DNA of 63,974 nucleotides, filler included, from Olpidium bornovanus S191 (lineage: Eukaryota > Fungi > Olpidiomycota), in assembly GCA_017911155.1 (NCBI GenBank). It is 29 parts of 29 records of this genome, joined end to end, with 100 filler letters (N's around TTAATTAATTAA, not from the genome) between each part and the next. Parts side by side here need not be neighbours in the genome. Positions count along the whole stretch, not along the records: positions 8,139 to 11,416 come from JAEFCI010003730.1; positions 11,517 to 13,075 come from JAEFCI010004919.1; positions 13,176 to 14,576 come from JAEFCI010001669.1; positions 14,677 to 16,892 come from JAEFCI010012386.1; positions 16,993 to 19,706 come from JAEFCI010011957.1; positions 19,807 to 20,971 come from JAEFCI010004852.1; positions 21,072 to 22,372 come from JAEFCI010010575.1; positions 22,473 to 25,147 come from JAEFCI010002934.1; 21 more parts are not named here. One strand, written 5' to 3'. Below are positions 11,029-23,058 of the stretch, piece by piece. The notes under the pieces were generated by a model. It was not told the DNA's origin. It searched no databases and worked only from the letters and a program-made list of their open reading frames with translations. A program made the translations under genes and the position numbers. The stretch's first letter is position 1. Every line of letters starts with the position of its first letter.

Positions 11029-13292
11029 TTCTTTCGCTTTCCCCGCCCCCCGCGGCAACACAGAGATCGCCCGAACGGACGGCCGGCATGCAGGCGCGGG
11101 CACGCACTCCCGAGAACCTGAGGGAGAGAGAGAGAGAGAGATCGTCGCCCGGTGGGACGTTGACGAGGTCGGAAGGGGTGCGGGGGAGGAAGGAAGGAGG
11201 TGCTTCAGGGGCTTGGCGAGAGCTGCGCGGGGCCCCGTGAAGTGAACCGCGCGCGCCTCGTCCCTTCCGCCTCCGCTTCCCGCGCGCCCGCCCAGTTTCG
11301 TCGCAGCGCCGTGATTGCGAGCGGCGGCACCAAGGCACTGTATTGCCACGGCAATGAATGGCAAGAAGCTTTGCTGGGGGGCAATTGGAAGGGGGACAGC
11401 AATTGGACAGCCCATGNNNNNNNNNNNNNNNNNNNNNNNNNNNNNNNNNNNNNNNNNNNNTTAATTAATTAANNNNNNNNNNNNNNNNNNNNNNNNNNNN
11501 NNNNNNNNNNNNNNNNAAACCGCCCAGTTCAGAAAAGATCAAAGGGAAAACAAGGGTAAATGACCCTTTTTGTAGATGACCATGGGCGGCGATTAGCTAG
11601 ACAGGTTTAGGATGTGCTTAGTGAGGCGGGGTGTAGATAAGGGGGGCAAAGCACGCATGGCACCGCGCACATCCAACCCCTGAAGGACCGGAGACTTTCC
11701 CCTGAATCCCTCTCTATAAAACCGGGTAGCATCAAGGAATAGAAGAGCCCCGTGGCTCCGTTTTTTCAACCCGAAGTCAACACCCCCCCCCCCACCCCTT
11801 CCCCCGTTTCCCGCTCTCGCCCGCGCGTTCCCCGCGTCCACGCAACCCCCGCGGCGAAGAAACGCTTTGCTCCTCGGCGACACACGTCGCCCGCGTCCGC
11901 GCCGGGCGAAGGCAAAGGCCAGGTAGGCGTCTGGGGAGCGTGCCGCGGAGTGTGCGCCACCGCGTAGCCAACGAGCACCGACTCTCGTTTTTCGCTACTT
12001 GGATCGCAGTTCGGCTGGAGGGGCGGGAGATACCCCGCAAGCTTCCCTTCTCTACCCGCCCGTTCGGTTGGGGCGAGGTTGCTGCTCGCCGTGCTCGCCG
12101 TCTTCTCTTTTGGTTTGTTTGCAGAAGCAAAATTGGACTTTGGCCACCGCGCGGTCAAGCACGTCACACGATAGGACACTCGTCCTGGTAGCTGAACGTG
12201 CTCTCGAACTCTCGTTAGTGTAGTTGCCTCAATAAATGCCTGTTCCACACGTTTTTTCCTAATAATTGATGATACGCTTAGAACGCGTCGCGGAATATAC
12301 GCTGCCAGAAAGGTGCACGAGGCGCTCGGCATTGTTCGGAGGACGCTTCGGTTCTCGACGTTGTTGGCGCGGTCGATCAGGGCAAGGGATATCTTTACTG
12401 GACCGCAGCTCGCGAGCGAGCGCTCGGAACGCCGGGAAACTTTCGGAACCAACGGCAACTATATTTTACCATGCCTGACCGGCCACCAGCCCTAGCGAAG
12501 ATATTTTGGCCAGCTCACACCTGCACACCGTCGACGCGTTCGGGCATTGTTATTGGCTGGAACCAGCGCGGATTCACTGCGTGTGTGGCTGCATTGGTGT
12601 CTGACGTGTCGGTCAGTAAATCCCTGGATTTTCGGTGCGAGGACACCCAAAAGCCTATCATGCCCAACTTGCGCAGCAATACGAAGAGCTGAAGCGAGTA
12701 CTTATTGCATGTACAGTTCGAGGAACTGGATGCGGCATTGTCGAATCTCAAGGACGACGGACACTGGCCGAGCAGTCACATGAACAGGATCTGCGGTGCC
12801 CCCCCAGTTATCCTTGGCATTTGCACGTCAGCATTTGAGAACCACGAAAGCGTTCAGGCGTTTTTACATGGCGCACGTGCGTGAAGCTGCGTTGTGGAGA
12901 ATCACAGTAGTGCGTTCCAGGTGGGCTATGCCCAATTGCTAAACATCCCTTTTCTGTTGCTGCACGTCACCACGATGGGAACCGCGTATTCAGCCGTGTT
13001 GGAGAAACAACGAACGGCCAAGCAATGGATGACTTTCCACTTGCAGCTCAACTGCATGCCGTCCCTACGGTCCGTNNNNNNNNNNNNNNNNNNNNNNNNN
13101 NNNNNNNNNNNNNNNNNNNTTAATTAATTAANNNNNNNNNNNNNNNNNNNNNNNNNNNNNNNNNNNNNNNNNNNNCCGACACCCCCGTTTCGCGGAGTCG
13201 CCCCACGCTTTCTGCGACAGGCCGTCGTTTTTTTGCCCCCTGTTGGCAATTCCCAGTGTCCGCCAAAGCAGAGTAGATTTTTTCCGGCCAAC

Positions 13293-14215
13293 ATGTCGTT
13301 CAAGCTCGTCTTAAGCCTCCACCGCCGCAACCACGTCGACGCCAGCGAATGGATCGACGGGGACCAGGCGAGCGGCGCCTCTCGCGAGACAAATCCCGCT
13401 CACAAATCCCGCGATGGCGCGCAGCGCAACGGGAACCCCGTCGCCGCTCTGATGGCGCGCGCCCTTAGGCGCAACACCAGCAACCTCAACAGCAACTGCG
13501 CCGCCGAGGGCCGCGAAGGCCGTCCTGAGGCCGGGGGGGAGCAGGCGCAGCAGCAGCGGGCGGAAGGGTGCGGGTCTTCTCAGACGCTGCACGACGGCGC
13601 CGGGCGGCGCCGGGAGGAGGATGCGGAGGAAGAGCGCGGGGGATCGAAGGAAAAGGGCGGCAAGTTCCGAAAAATCTTCGCTAAGCTTCAAAGGCTGTTC
13701 GGGCGCAAGGAGAGGAGGAAGGCTCCCGCCAAAAAGCGCTTCGAGCCGGGGCCCATCTACTGGCGCCGCAGCGTAGAAACGGTGATTGAGTCGCTTGACG
13801 GCTTGCCGGGCGACCGCCGCGTTTCGGGCGGGGCCCTGGAATCGGTGAGGTCGGAAGAAAAGCTGGGGGTTGTGAGCAACAACGCGATTGCGGTACGCCC
13901 CCCCCCCCCCCCCCCCCCTTCCCGCCTCCCTCCCTTCCCGCGTTTTGGATGAGAGAAGAAAAAACAAAAGCGAACGGGTTCGCCTGCAGTACGAAAAGAA
14001 AGGGTGAACAAGTCCCCCTTCTCCAGCCAAATAATTTAACTTGCTGGCGAGCCGGCTTCCTTACCTGCCTCTCTCCCCCCGACCCACCGCTTTCCATCTC
14101 TTGCCTTTATCTGAAAAATTTGCAGGTGCGCGACGTCGACGGTCATATTATCAAAGTTCTTCGTCCTTTCAGCGACGAGGAGCTGAAAGTCGGGCGAGCC
14201 GCCAAGGTCGAGATG
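13293..14215 (+). CDS. Hypothetical protein, 5' part (exons 13293-13892 and 14126-14215)
   Basis: A 600-nt ATG exon ends at a gtacgc donor; a phase-0 90-nt exon VRDVDGHIIKVLRPFSDEELKVGRAAKVEM is flanked by ttgcag and gtatga. No family recognised. Confidence 0.55.
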
Positions 14216-14771
14216 GTATGAATCGCGGCTCACAGGACAAGATCGGCGTGGAAACATCCGCCTGGCTTTTTTTTTTTGGCCCCGACCGTTTTCGCTCCGC
14301 CGCCGGTCGCCCCGAATGCTCCAGTGTGGCGTACGTCGTGAACCTGGTACCGGGGAATGAAACTCTCAGACTTTTTCCGTCCTCGAAAGCGACCGCGGTT
14401 TCCGTAATCCCAGCGATGGAGCTCCCTGGGAACAGCCGCCCTTCTGTGCACCCCACCCTCCCCCACGCACATCCTTCTTTTCCCGCTTCGGGGCCGCCGG
14501 GTTTGTTTTTTTTTTTTGTACGGGAATCCTTTATCCCCCTGGCGCTCCCCACCCCCCTCCCATCTGCGAAATCCGCNNNNNNNNNNNNNNNNNNNNNNNN
14601 NNNNNNNNNNNNNNNNNNNNTTAATTAATTAANNNNNNNNNNNNNNNNNNNNNNNNNNNNNNNNNNNNNNNNNNNNACATGCTGGCCGTGCCCTGGGGCG
14701 GTTAGCGTACACCTCCCATTCGGATATAATACGACAGACTGCTTCTACTAGTGAGCGAACAAGTCTCCTAC

Positions 14772-15660
14772 ATTTCGCTGCAGCTCACAGCAAAGAAAAG
14801 CGAGTCCCCCTGGTCTATAATCCAACTGGGAGCCCAGGACAAGCGGCTCCTTTTGTATGCCACATAGACGAGGAAGTCGACCGCGCGTACTGTAGCAGTA
14901 AGGGCGATATCAAGTCTGCTATGAAGCTTGGACATTGTCACTTCGTCGCAGCTCGCAGACCGTCTCTTTTCAGAATGTAGCAGCGAATGCCGTTTCATTC
15001 TCACCACTAACACGGAAAGGCAGCCTGCAGTAGCGCCGGCGCAAAAGGTGGGCATAACATCGTCGATTCCAAGTGGCATCCCAACTTTCCGCTCGCCCTT
15101 TTCGGCATCCTCAACCGATATGGCGTGGCTTCGGTTCCGGTTTTTCCGGCGAAGGACCAGCTTAAACGTGCCATCCAGGAGCGTGAAGACCCCCGTCAGC
15201 ATTGCTAGCAAAGTGAACGTGCCAATACGTCACGTCAGGAATTCGAGCACAGTTTCCAGCAGCTGGAAAAATGTTATTTCCAATCTCGTGTGATGTTCCG
15301 TTTTCCTCAAGGCTTGAGGACGACTTTTGCGAGGTTGGCTATCGTCCTCGTACCCAGAAAGATGCCCGGACGCGACGCTAGCGCTTTTCTCCAGACAGAG
15401 CGGCCGTCCAAATTCTCCGACCGCAACGCTTTTTTCCACAGATCGACGAGCGACGGCAGGGCGGTCAGGCAGCAGCCCAGCGCATAACTTCGCAGAGACG
15501 TCAGCGCCGTCCGCTTGAGGAGATGCCGGACTGCAGGGTCCAAAATAGGCCGCGCCCCAGAGATTTCAGATCGAGACTGCCCGAGACCCGGCGCTTTCGC
15601 ATTTTCGTCGGCCACGTCAGTTGGGCGCGCTTCCAAAGACGGCGGCGGTTCCCCCGGCAT
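14772..15660 (-). CDS. TMEM135-like integral membrane protein, 5' part
   Basis: Exons 15660-15354 and 15204-14772 give SLRSYALGCCLTALPSL...RPGIFLAMLTGVFTLLD...RLDIALTATVRAVDFLV...DSLFFAVSCSE, resembling fungal TMEM135-family proteins (DL.L....RA.D; D..LF..SC.EI). Confidence 0.65.
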
Positions 15661-16027
15661 TCTACAGGCGGCTGATGAGACCGAAAGGTTCCTGCCGTGC
15701 GGAGGACCGGAAACCGCCTCGCAGATCTGTTCCACTGGCGAAGGCCCAAGGGGTATACGACGCGTTTCGGGAGCGCTCCCCGCCCGTCAGGGACGCGACG
15801 GGACGGCGGTGCCCCGCTCCCGGCGCACCCGCGCTCGCGTTTTGGTTTTCGGTTTCGCTCCCTCTCGTTCCGAGGGGAGGTTGACTTTTTTTTTTCATTT
15901 TTTCTTTTTTTTCATACTTCCCGGGAAAATTCCCCCTCCGCCATTCACTCACGCCAAGGAAACCAACGCCGGGGTGCTCTCATTTTTGGGGGAGAGGTCA
16001 GAGCGCTTCACCCCGTGCCCCGCAGAT

Positions 16028-16892
16028 ATGGCGGCGCCGCCGTCTTGTCCGGCGCCGCCCTCCGCGCCGGCCGCGCGGCTGCCGGCTTTCTTGGCCCGGC
16101 AGAGACTGGGCCGCGCTGGAGACGCCGTTGCGCTGCTGTTCGCCGTGTTCGTCAGGCTCGCCGTCGGGCTGGGCTCTTACTCCGGTACGACGTGACCGGG
16201 ACGACGAACTCGCTGCGACTTGGAGCGGGCGTTCATTGCCTGACGCCGTTTCCTCGATCGTTCTCGCGCCGCACGGCCGTAGGCTGCGGGGAGCCGCCGC
16301 TTTTCGGCGATTTTGAGGCTCAACGTCACTGGTGAAAACGACCCGTTGCCCGCAACGACCAATTTGAAGCAATGCGCGTCAGCTGATTTCGCGTCCTTTG
16401 CTCGTAGGATGGAGCTAACCATCCATTTGCCAACGAACAAGTGGTACGACTACGATCTCCCTTACTGGGGCCTGGATTACCCGCCGCTCACCGCTTATCA
16501 CAGTTGGCTTCTAGGCAAAGTGTGAGACTGCCTCCGCGGGGTTCCTGTCGCGTGCTCGTTATTGTTCTCTTACCGCTGTCCTTCAGAGCACACGCAATAG
16601 ATCCGTCCATCGTCGCGTTGGATGTTTCGCGAGGGACTGAAACGCCCGAAACCAAACTGTTCATGCGGTGGTCAGTCTTGGCATCCGATGTCGTGGTGTT
16701 CTTTCCGGCAGTATTGATGTTCTGTCGTCGCATGTTTCCGGACCGCCCGGACGCTCAAGTGGGGATACTCTTGATCCTGCCGCTAATACATCGGATAATT
16801 ACTTTCAACTGAACCAGTTCCTTATCGCTCCTTCCAGCAAACGGCGCTTTTCTTGATTCTCTTGCAGCCAGGCCTGATTCTGATTGATCATG
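16028..16892 (+). CDS. ALG6: Dolichyl-P-Glc:Man9GlcNAc2-PP-Dol alpha-1,3-glucosyltransferase, 5' part (5 exons)
   Basis: Motifs RLAVGLGSYSG, PPLFGDFEAQRHWMELT..LP...WY.YDL.YWGLDYPPLTAYHSWLLG, KLFMRWSVL and LQPGLILIDHG. Confidence 0.95.
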
Positions 16893-17102
16893 NNNNNNNN
16901 NNNNNNNNNNNNNNNNNNNNNNNNNNNNNNNNNNNNTTAATTAATTAANNNNNNNNNNNNNNNNNNNNNNNNNNNNNNNNNNNNNNNNNNNNCATGCAAG
17001 GCCCTCCGGGGCCCGATTCTCGGGCGAAAACCACATCGGGATTCTGCTGATGCACGAATCAACATCGGTAAACGCTTGCCGTTTGTGTTTCACTTGATAC
17101 AG

Positions 17103-17186
17103 ATTAACTCCGACGCCCCGATTGACGCGGTAACCGTGGCCACGTTGAAGGCGTTCAGCGACGCGGGCGTTCAGCCAGCGAGTTGA
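17103..17186 (+). CDS. Terminal exon of an unidentified gene, weakly like a nucleotide-kinase C-terminal helix
   Basis: gatacag|INSDAPIDAVTVATLKAFSDAGVQPAS*; an upstream gtaaac donor lies at about 17068. Confidence 0.3.
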   Translation: MNSDAPIDAVTVATLKAFSDAGVQPAS

Positions 17187-18095
17187 AATCGATGTTTATT
17201 TGCGTTTGCCTGTTGTGTCCCAATGAGGCGAAGACCCCGTTTTTTAACTCATCTTAAACGCTGGATCAGAGACGCGTTAGGCTCACATCTACGATTCCTG
17301 CGAATCGTGCTGTTTGCCAGCAAATCTCTTGGTGAATGCGCGTTTTTGTTATTTGTAACTCATCTTTCCTGCGAATCGTGCTGTTTGCCAGCAAATTTTT
17401 TTCCCCTCATATCCTCCCCACTCATCGCCACCCGGTGGGCAAAACCCACGACGTCTTCCGTACACACAAAAAAACCTTATGTGCTGGCGACCTCGCCGCA
17501 AACCGCGCGCGTTTACCGGTGAATTGCCTTTCTGGCTTCAGTTTTGACGGTAAGTCTTTCCGGCGCCTGAAAGTCTCGACCGTCTCTTCCTGCCTCAAAC
17601 CAATAGGATCTCCATGTCCTGCTCCACGACTGCCGATCGGCGCGTCGCCGCTCTATCGCCGCATGGAGTCCTTCTCTCGGCCCTGTTTATGTAATTCTGA
17701 CCATCTGTGCGTCGAGAGGTTGAGCACCCGGAGAACATTCACGCCGGTGTGCATTATTTGCCTGGGAAACACTACGGCTATGCGTACGAGGCAGACAAAA
17801 AAAAACAAAAAAAAAAATAAGCAACGGGGAATCCAGGTGACCAGTCACCCCTGCATGACAAGCCCGGCGGACAAAGGCTTTTTTTTTTAGCTTAGGTTGC
17901 CCCAATTGGCCCTGACACGCGCAACGCACACCGACTGCGCTCGGATGGCCCAGGAAGATGATCACCCTTCTTTCTTCTGTGTGTGGGGGAGGGGGGGTCG
18001 CCCTCAGCCCTGACGTTAGGCAAACGTTTGGCGACACCGGCCACGGCAGAGCGCGGTTCGCGGCGCGACGCCCCCGCCGTCCTCCTTCTCCTTCG

Positions 18096-18145
<50 letters not shown>

Positions 18146-18277
18146 CCCCGCCCCCCCCGCCCGCCTCCCCGCCGCGGGCCACCCCTCGTGGCGTGTTTCC
18201 AACGCCTTTCGTTGGGGCCAGCTTTCTGTGGAAAAAACCGCCGGCCAGCTCCGCGGCCCGGCCCCCGCGCGTGCAAG

Positions 18278-19162
18278 ATGTCGCCGTTCCGCGGCTGCTC
18301 CGTCACGCTTCGATATCCCCTCGGCGGTGTGTGCCGCCGTTACCACCGCGCTTCGTCCGTGCCGCCGAGGCCGCGGGCGGCATGTTGTCGACGAATTTTG
18401 CCGTGTTCCCGGCGGATGAGCGGTTGTACTGCCGAGCGCTACGAGGGTGTCCAAGCGGGCCCGGGAAGCAACCGGCCACTCGTTGCTTTAGACGGTAAAC
18501 GCAATATTGATCCAGTGCAGCCGCGCGATCGCCGGCTCGCGACGCGCGCCCCGTACTCATATGGCGGTCGGCCGGCCCGTTGCGAAGGGGAATACGTTTC
18601 CACCACGGCTCGCGGCGCTTGGTTCGAGGCGGCAGTGGTGGAAGCTCTGAGACCCCACCGTCTATCGTGCTGGACGGTCGGGAAGAAGGGCGACCGCGGC
18701 GTGGATTTCAGAGGAAGCTGGGTGATCGACCGAAGTGATTGCCGGCCGGGTTCGGCAACCGCGGAAGAAGTTGACAGGGCTGCCGGCCGCTTCCTTGTCG
18801 TCGGGCAGTGCAAGTACTCGGAAAAGTACGAGGTCGGCCCGGCGGTCGTGCGCGAAATGGTCGGGAATCTTGCCGCCGAGCCGGCCGGAACCGTCGGGAT
18901 GGTCGCCTCGTCGTGCGGCTTCACCAGCGGGGCGGTCCGAGAGTGCTGCTCTGCCGACTACCCTATGGTCCTGGTCAACGTCCCGGTCGCGACGATGACC
19001 TACGGAGAAGAATCCACACCCCCGGCCTGCAACTCGATGTTCTTCAACAACGCGATCTCCCGGCTCATCCCCGGCCTCTCAGCTGTAAACGCGGGGAAGT
19101 CGTTGGCGACGGGCGCCCCTTCGAAAGTTATGCTCCTGCTGAACGGACAGCCGCTGCGGTAA
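18278..19162 (+). CDS. RRG7: RRG7/DUF2034-like PD-(D/E)xK restriction-endonuclease-fold protein, probably mitochondrial; intronless, 294 aa
   Basis: Arg-rich, acid-poor N-terminus. Motifs STTARGAWFE, GKKGDRGVDFRG, LVVGQCK, VGPAVVREMVG, SSCGFTSGA and FNNAISRLIPGL. Confidence 0.75.
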   Translation: MSPFRGCSVTLRYPLGGVCRRYHRASSVPPRPRAACCRRILPCSRRMSGCTAERYEGVQAGPGSNRPLVALDGKRNIDPVQPRDRRLATRAPYSYGGRPARCEGEYVSTTARGAWFEAAVVEALRPHRLSCWTVGKKGDRGVDFRGSWVIDRSDCRPGSATAEEVDRAAGRFLVVGQCKYSEKYEVGPAVVREMVGNLAAEPAGTVGMVASSCGFTSGAVRECCSADYPMVLVNVPVATMTYGEESTPPACNSMFFNNAISRLIPGLSAVNAGKSLATGAPSKVMLLLNGQPLR

Positions 19163-19574
19163 ATATGCAGGACCTGGCGAGGTGTGGTGGCGACATCGGG
19201 TGCCCCGATGCTATATACATATACATATATCACCCTGGTCTCTCGAGTTCGCGCTTGCGAAAATTAAAATGCCCGCCCGTGTTCGGGGACCTTTCGAAAC
19301 GACCACGTCTCCATCCGAAATACTCGTGGATGTTGGCAAAAAGAAACGGAAGAGGCGAAAACGGGGCGGACCTGGGACAGGGCTTGTCACGTGGCGAGCA
19401 CTACCGCATATAGTAGGGACGGTGGTTTTGTGTTGGAATAGACGGCCGCTTTCCGGACGCGATACGAGACAGCGAAGTGCAAGGGGCTTTAGGAGCGGCG
19501 TTGTTCTTCCTACATAAAACCGCCGAGTGCCGAGTTTTTGGTGTAGTTTGCCGTCCGCAAAATGCCCAAGCTCT

Positions 19575-19617
<43 letters not shown>

Positions 19618-19933
19618 CCCCCCCCCCCTGGGCCCGCAAATTTTTTATTTAAAACCGGGAGAGGGGGGGTGGCGCCGCGTTTTTTTTTTTTTTTTTGTTT
19701 GGGAACNNNNNNNNNNNNNNNNNNNNNNNNNNNNNNNNNNNNNNNNNNNNTTAATTAATTAANNNNNNNNNNNNNNNNNNNNNNNNNNNNNNNNNNNNNN
19801 NNNNNNAGGGGGGGGGGGGGGGGGGGGCAAAGGAACAAAACCCCCCCCCCCCCACCGGTTTCCTTCTTTGCGCGGCCGGTTCACCCTTTTCTCCCGCAGA
19901 AGGAAGAGGGCCAGAGACGAACGACCCGGCCTT

Positions 19934-19973
<40 letters not shown>

Positions 19974-20057
19974 CCCTTTCTGCCGCGGACAAGACACTTC
20001 CCGCCCCGTCCCGCCCCGCCCCCGCCCGACCGACCGCTCCCCTGCACGCACCCCCCC

Positions 20058-20969
20058 ATGAGACCAGCCTCCGGCAACCGCGGCCGCGCCGCAGAGCCGA
20101 ACGGCGAACCGGCCAGGAAGAGGCCGAAGAAGAGCAGCGTCTCGCCGGAGGAAGCGGCGCCCGCCACAGGCGTCGACGTCGCGAGGCTCGCGCGCAGGGC
20201 GAGGTCCCTGGAGGCGGCGGTGCGCGAGAGCAAGGCCAACCTCAACGGTGTGGTGGAGCTGCTGGAGCTCTGCGAGGTAACGGCAACCTCCTCCCCCCTC
20301 CCTTCCCGGACGCCGCTCGCTCGGTTGTCCCTGCCGTCTCTGCTGACCCTCTCCGCGCGTCTGGAACACGCCGCGCCTTCCAGTCCGACCACGCCGAAGC
20401 CCGGCATGCGGCCGTCCACGCCCTTCACCGCGTCTTCATGCCGTTGCTGGAGAAAAGCGAACTGGTGCGCGAAAAGGAGGAGAAGAACAATAGACCAGAA
20501 GGAAACGCGAAACCCACGGAGAAGGCCCCGGAAACGGGGAAGCCGACTGTGCCGGGAGTTTCCAGCTGGTTACGTGACAACTACCTCCAGTACATCGACG
20601 TCCTCATTGGCCTTCTGAGCTCGCCAGAACCGGGGCTCCAGGTGGGCAGACGCGAGAACGCCCGTTTCCGCCCAAAAATTGATTTTGCGGACGGTCCGTT
20701 TATATTCGCTGCGCGGCTCCAACGTAACCCGTGCGGACTTTTTGCAGGTGCCGGCGTTGAACCTCCTGATGGACATATTCCGGCGTGAGGCCGCGTTTTC
20801 TGCTCGGTTGCGCAACGGCGAGCCGGAGTTTCCCAACTACTTGTACAAAAACATGGTCGCTGCGCTCGTCTACAACGCGAATTTTACCGAGCACCTGCGA
20901 GAATGTCTCGTAGAAAAATATCTTGTCATTTACGACGATTTGCGGTTTTTTATGTACAAGGACCTTACG
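20058..20969 (+). CDS. NOC4: Nucleolar complex protein 4 (CBF/Noc4), 5' part (3 exons)
   Basis: NLS-like RKRPKK; motifs SKANLNGVVELL, HAAVHALHRVF..LL, WLRDNYLQY and EKYLVIYDDLRFFMY, typical of the Noc4 N-terminus. Confidence 0.8.
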
Positions 20970-21071
20970 TANNNNNNNNNNNNNNNNNNNNNNNNNNNNN
21001 NNNNNNNNNNNNNNNTTAATTAATTAANNNNNNNNNNNNNNNNNNNNNNNNNNNNNNNNNNNNNNNNNNNN

Positions 21072-21857
21072 CATGGGCGATCAGAATATCCTTGATCTCC
21101 TTCTTGGACGCCTCGTCGACGTACTTCTGGTAAAATGCGACAATGGCCTTGGCGAGCGCCTGGCGGATTGCTGGCGAGCGGAATATCCGAGTCGTCAGAG
21201 TCACGCGGGGGGTAGCGGTACGGCACGTGCGGAAACGGCCCGGAAGCCGGATACTCACCGTAGATTTGAGAGGTGTGACCACCGCCCTTGACACGGATAC
21301 GAATGTCAACATTTGCAAACTTGTCCTGGCCGATTAGCAAAATGGGCTCGTAGATTTTGAACTTGAGGATGTCGGGCTCTACCAGCTCGATGGGGGAACC
21401 GTTGAGGCGGATAAGGCCCTTTCCCCGCTTGCAGAAAGCAACAGCGGTGGCGGTTTTCTGTTCCGCGGACCCAAAAGCGGCAAGAGCGGAAGGTGAGCCC
21501 GTTGGACGAGCATAATGCGCGTTGGCGGCGTGACCAGCAAAGAGGGGCGGTGACGACGGCGGAGGAGGTCATAGGGTCAACTTGGCGATGCCCGAGGCGC
21601 CCGGACGGGGCGGCGGCTCCTACTGCTGCTCTCGCTCTCGTTTTCTGGGCAATCGTTGCCCGCTTGCCCCCCTTGCAGGGCAGGATTTCGCATCCTTTCC
21701 CGGTACGGCAACATGTCCGCGAGGGCGACATGGGCCGCTACTGCCTCGGGCGGGCCGCAGGCGCCCGGCCGGCACGGGACAACCGCCCAACGACAAACCC
21801 ACACGGCGGGGAAAAGGCGGTACTGACCTTGCGCCCGTAGGTTTGAACAGCCTCCAT
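21072..21857 (-). CDS. RPS16: 40S ribosomal protein S16 (uS9), 3' end truncated
   Basis: Exons 21857-21828, 21457-21259 and 21170-21072 give [32 protein letters not shown]...[38 protein letters not shown]. Confidence 0.97.
21590..21751 (-). ncRNA. Candidate structured RNA element in RPS16 intron 1; family unassigned
   Basis: A 9-bp closing helix GCCCGAGGC/GCCUCGGGC encloses four short hairpins. The structure was folded by eye only. Confidence 0.3.
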
Positions 21858-22221
21858 GATAGACAGTGCCTTGCGGGGATCCCCGTTTCTCTTTTTCTCG
21901 GTTGGTCTGCTGGAAAGGAAACGAGGGCGCGCGGTGGACAGGTGTTGGGGGTCAGGACGCAATTGCGCGAGCGCGCTCCGAACCGGCCGACGCCCGCATA
22001 CGGATGGGGAGGGGAGGTCCGCCGGCAGAGAGTGGCAGCAGAGAGGGAACCGACTTCGCGGCCGGGGAGCGGAAAACGCCGGCGGGCAGCGGCTGCGCAA
22101 GACGGGCTGCGGCGGCGGGGACGGGCGCGAGAGCGGGGATGGCGGGGCGGACGGGATGGCGGCGCGGAGGAGAGGGCCGGGCGGGCGTGGGTGCGGCAGG
22201 GCGGCGTGACCGGCCCCGCCC

Positions 22222-22270
<49 letters not shown>

Positions 22271-22284
22271 TTTTTTTCCCCCCC

Positions 22285-22344
<60 letters not shown>

Positions 22345-23058
22345 CGCGGGGGGGGGGGGGGGGGGGGGGGGGNNNNNNNNNNNNNNNNNNNNNNNNNNNN
22401 NNNNNNNNNNNNNNNNTTAATTAATTAANNNNNNNNNNNNNNNNNNNNNNNNNNNNNNNNNNNNNNNNNNNNCTAGGATTTATGCGACGTCAGCTGCTGA
22501 ACGCTCCACAATTTGGAACCGTGCGAAGAGCAGAAAGTTACCGCTAGCACGGGTGACAAAGGCGAAAAAGCAACAACGACTGGTTTGCATGATGAAAGAA
22601 CAGATTTTTGCACCCCCGCGGCGGCGGAGGAAAAAAAAGCGCACGGAATACGGAACTGCGTAGACGCTATCCGACCAAAAACAGAAAAGAGAAGAAAAAA
22701 CTATACAAAATATGTTACGGATTTTTGGAGTAGAACGTCCAGTAAGGATCGCGGAGATATGCGAGGGCAAGATTGTGGTGCCATTGTTCGTTAATGTCCC
22801 TCACCTCCCGGAAACAGACCGGAGGGTGTGGGGAGTAGGTGTGGGAAAAGAAGCGAAGGAGGGCGGAGAGGAAGGTGGGGGGGTTGGGGGGGGGGAAGGT
22901 TGGGTGGGGGGGGGGGTTGGGGGCGGGAAGGAGGGGGGAATGGAGTGGGAAGCGGCGCGGGAAACAAAAGCTCCCCGGGAATTCTTGTTCGTTACTTTTT
23001 TTTTGCCCCGGAAAAAAAGGATGACAAAAGGAACGGTCCGAGGGGTAAATCGTCCAGG

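Noticed and set aside
11517-13075. Several short ORFs on this contig
   Set aside because: No coherent exon chain or recognisable motif could be built on either strand.
17295-17396. 31-bp exact direct repeat (17295-17325 and 17366-17396) as a CRISPR or TE terminus
   Set aside because: Only two copies, in a 3' flank of a eukaryotic gene; most likely a local duplication.
21590-21751. RPS16 intron element as RNase P/MRP, SRP, U3, H/ACA snoRNA or HDV-like ribozyme
   Set aside because: Only partial motifs are present (CCCAGAAAACG, AGAGCGAG, AGAAAA). The required partners (CR-I/CR-V, boxes C and D, terminal ACA, P1/P1.1 pairing) are absent. Kept only as an unassigned candidate.
22225-22372. Poly-C/poly-G fold-back and Pro/Gly-rich ORFs; similar tracts at about 112, 18098 and 35545
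   Set aside because: Homopolymer tracts at or near contig ends have unreliable lengths, and the polyPro, polyGly, polyLys and polyPhe ORFs are translations of non-coding runs.
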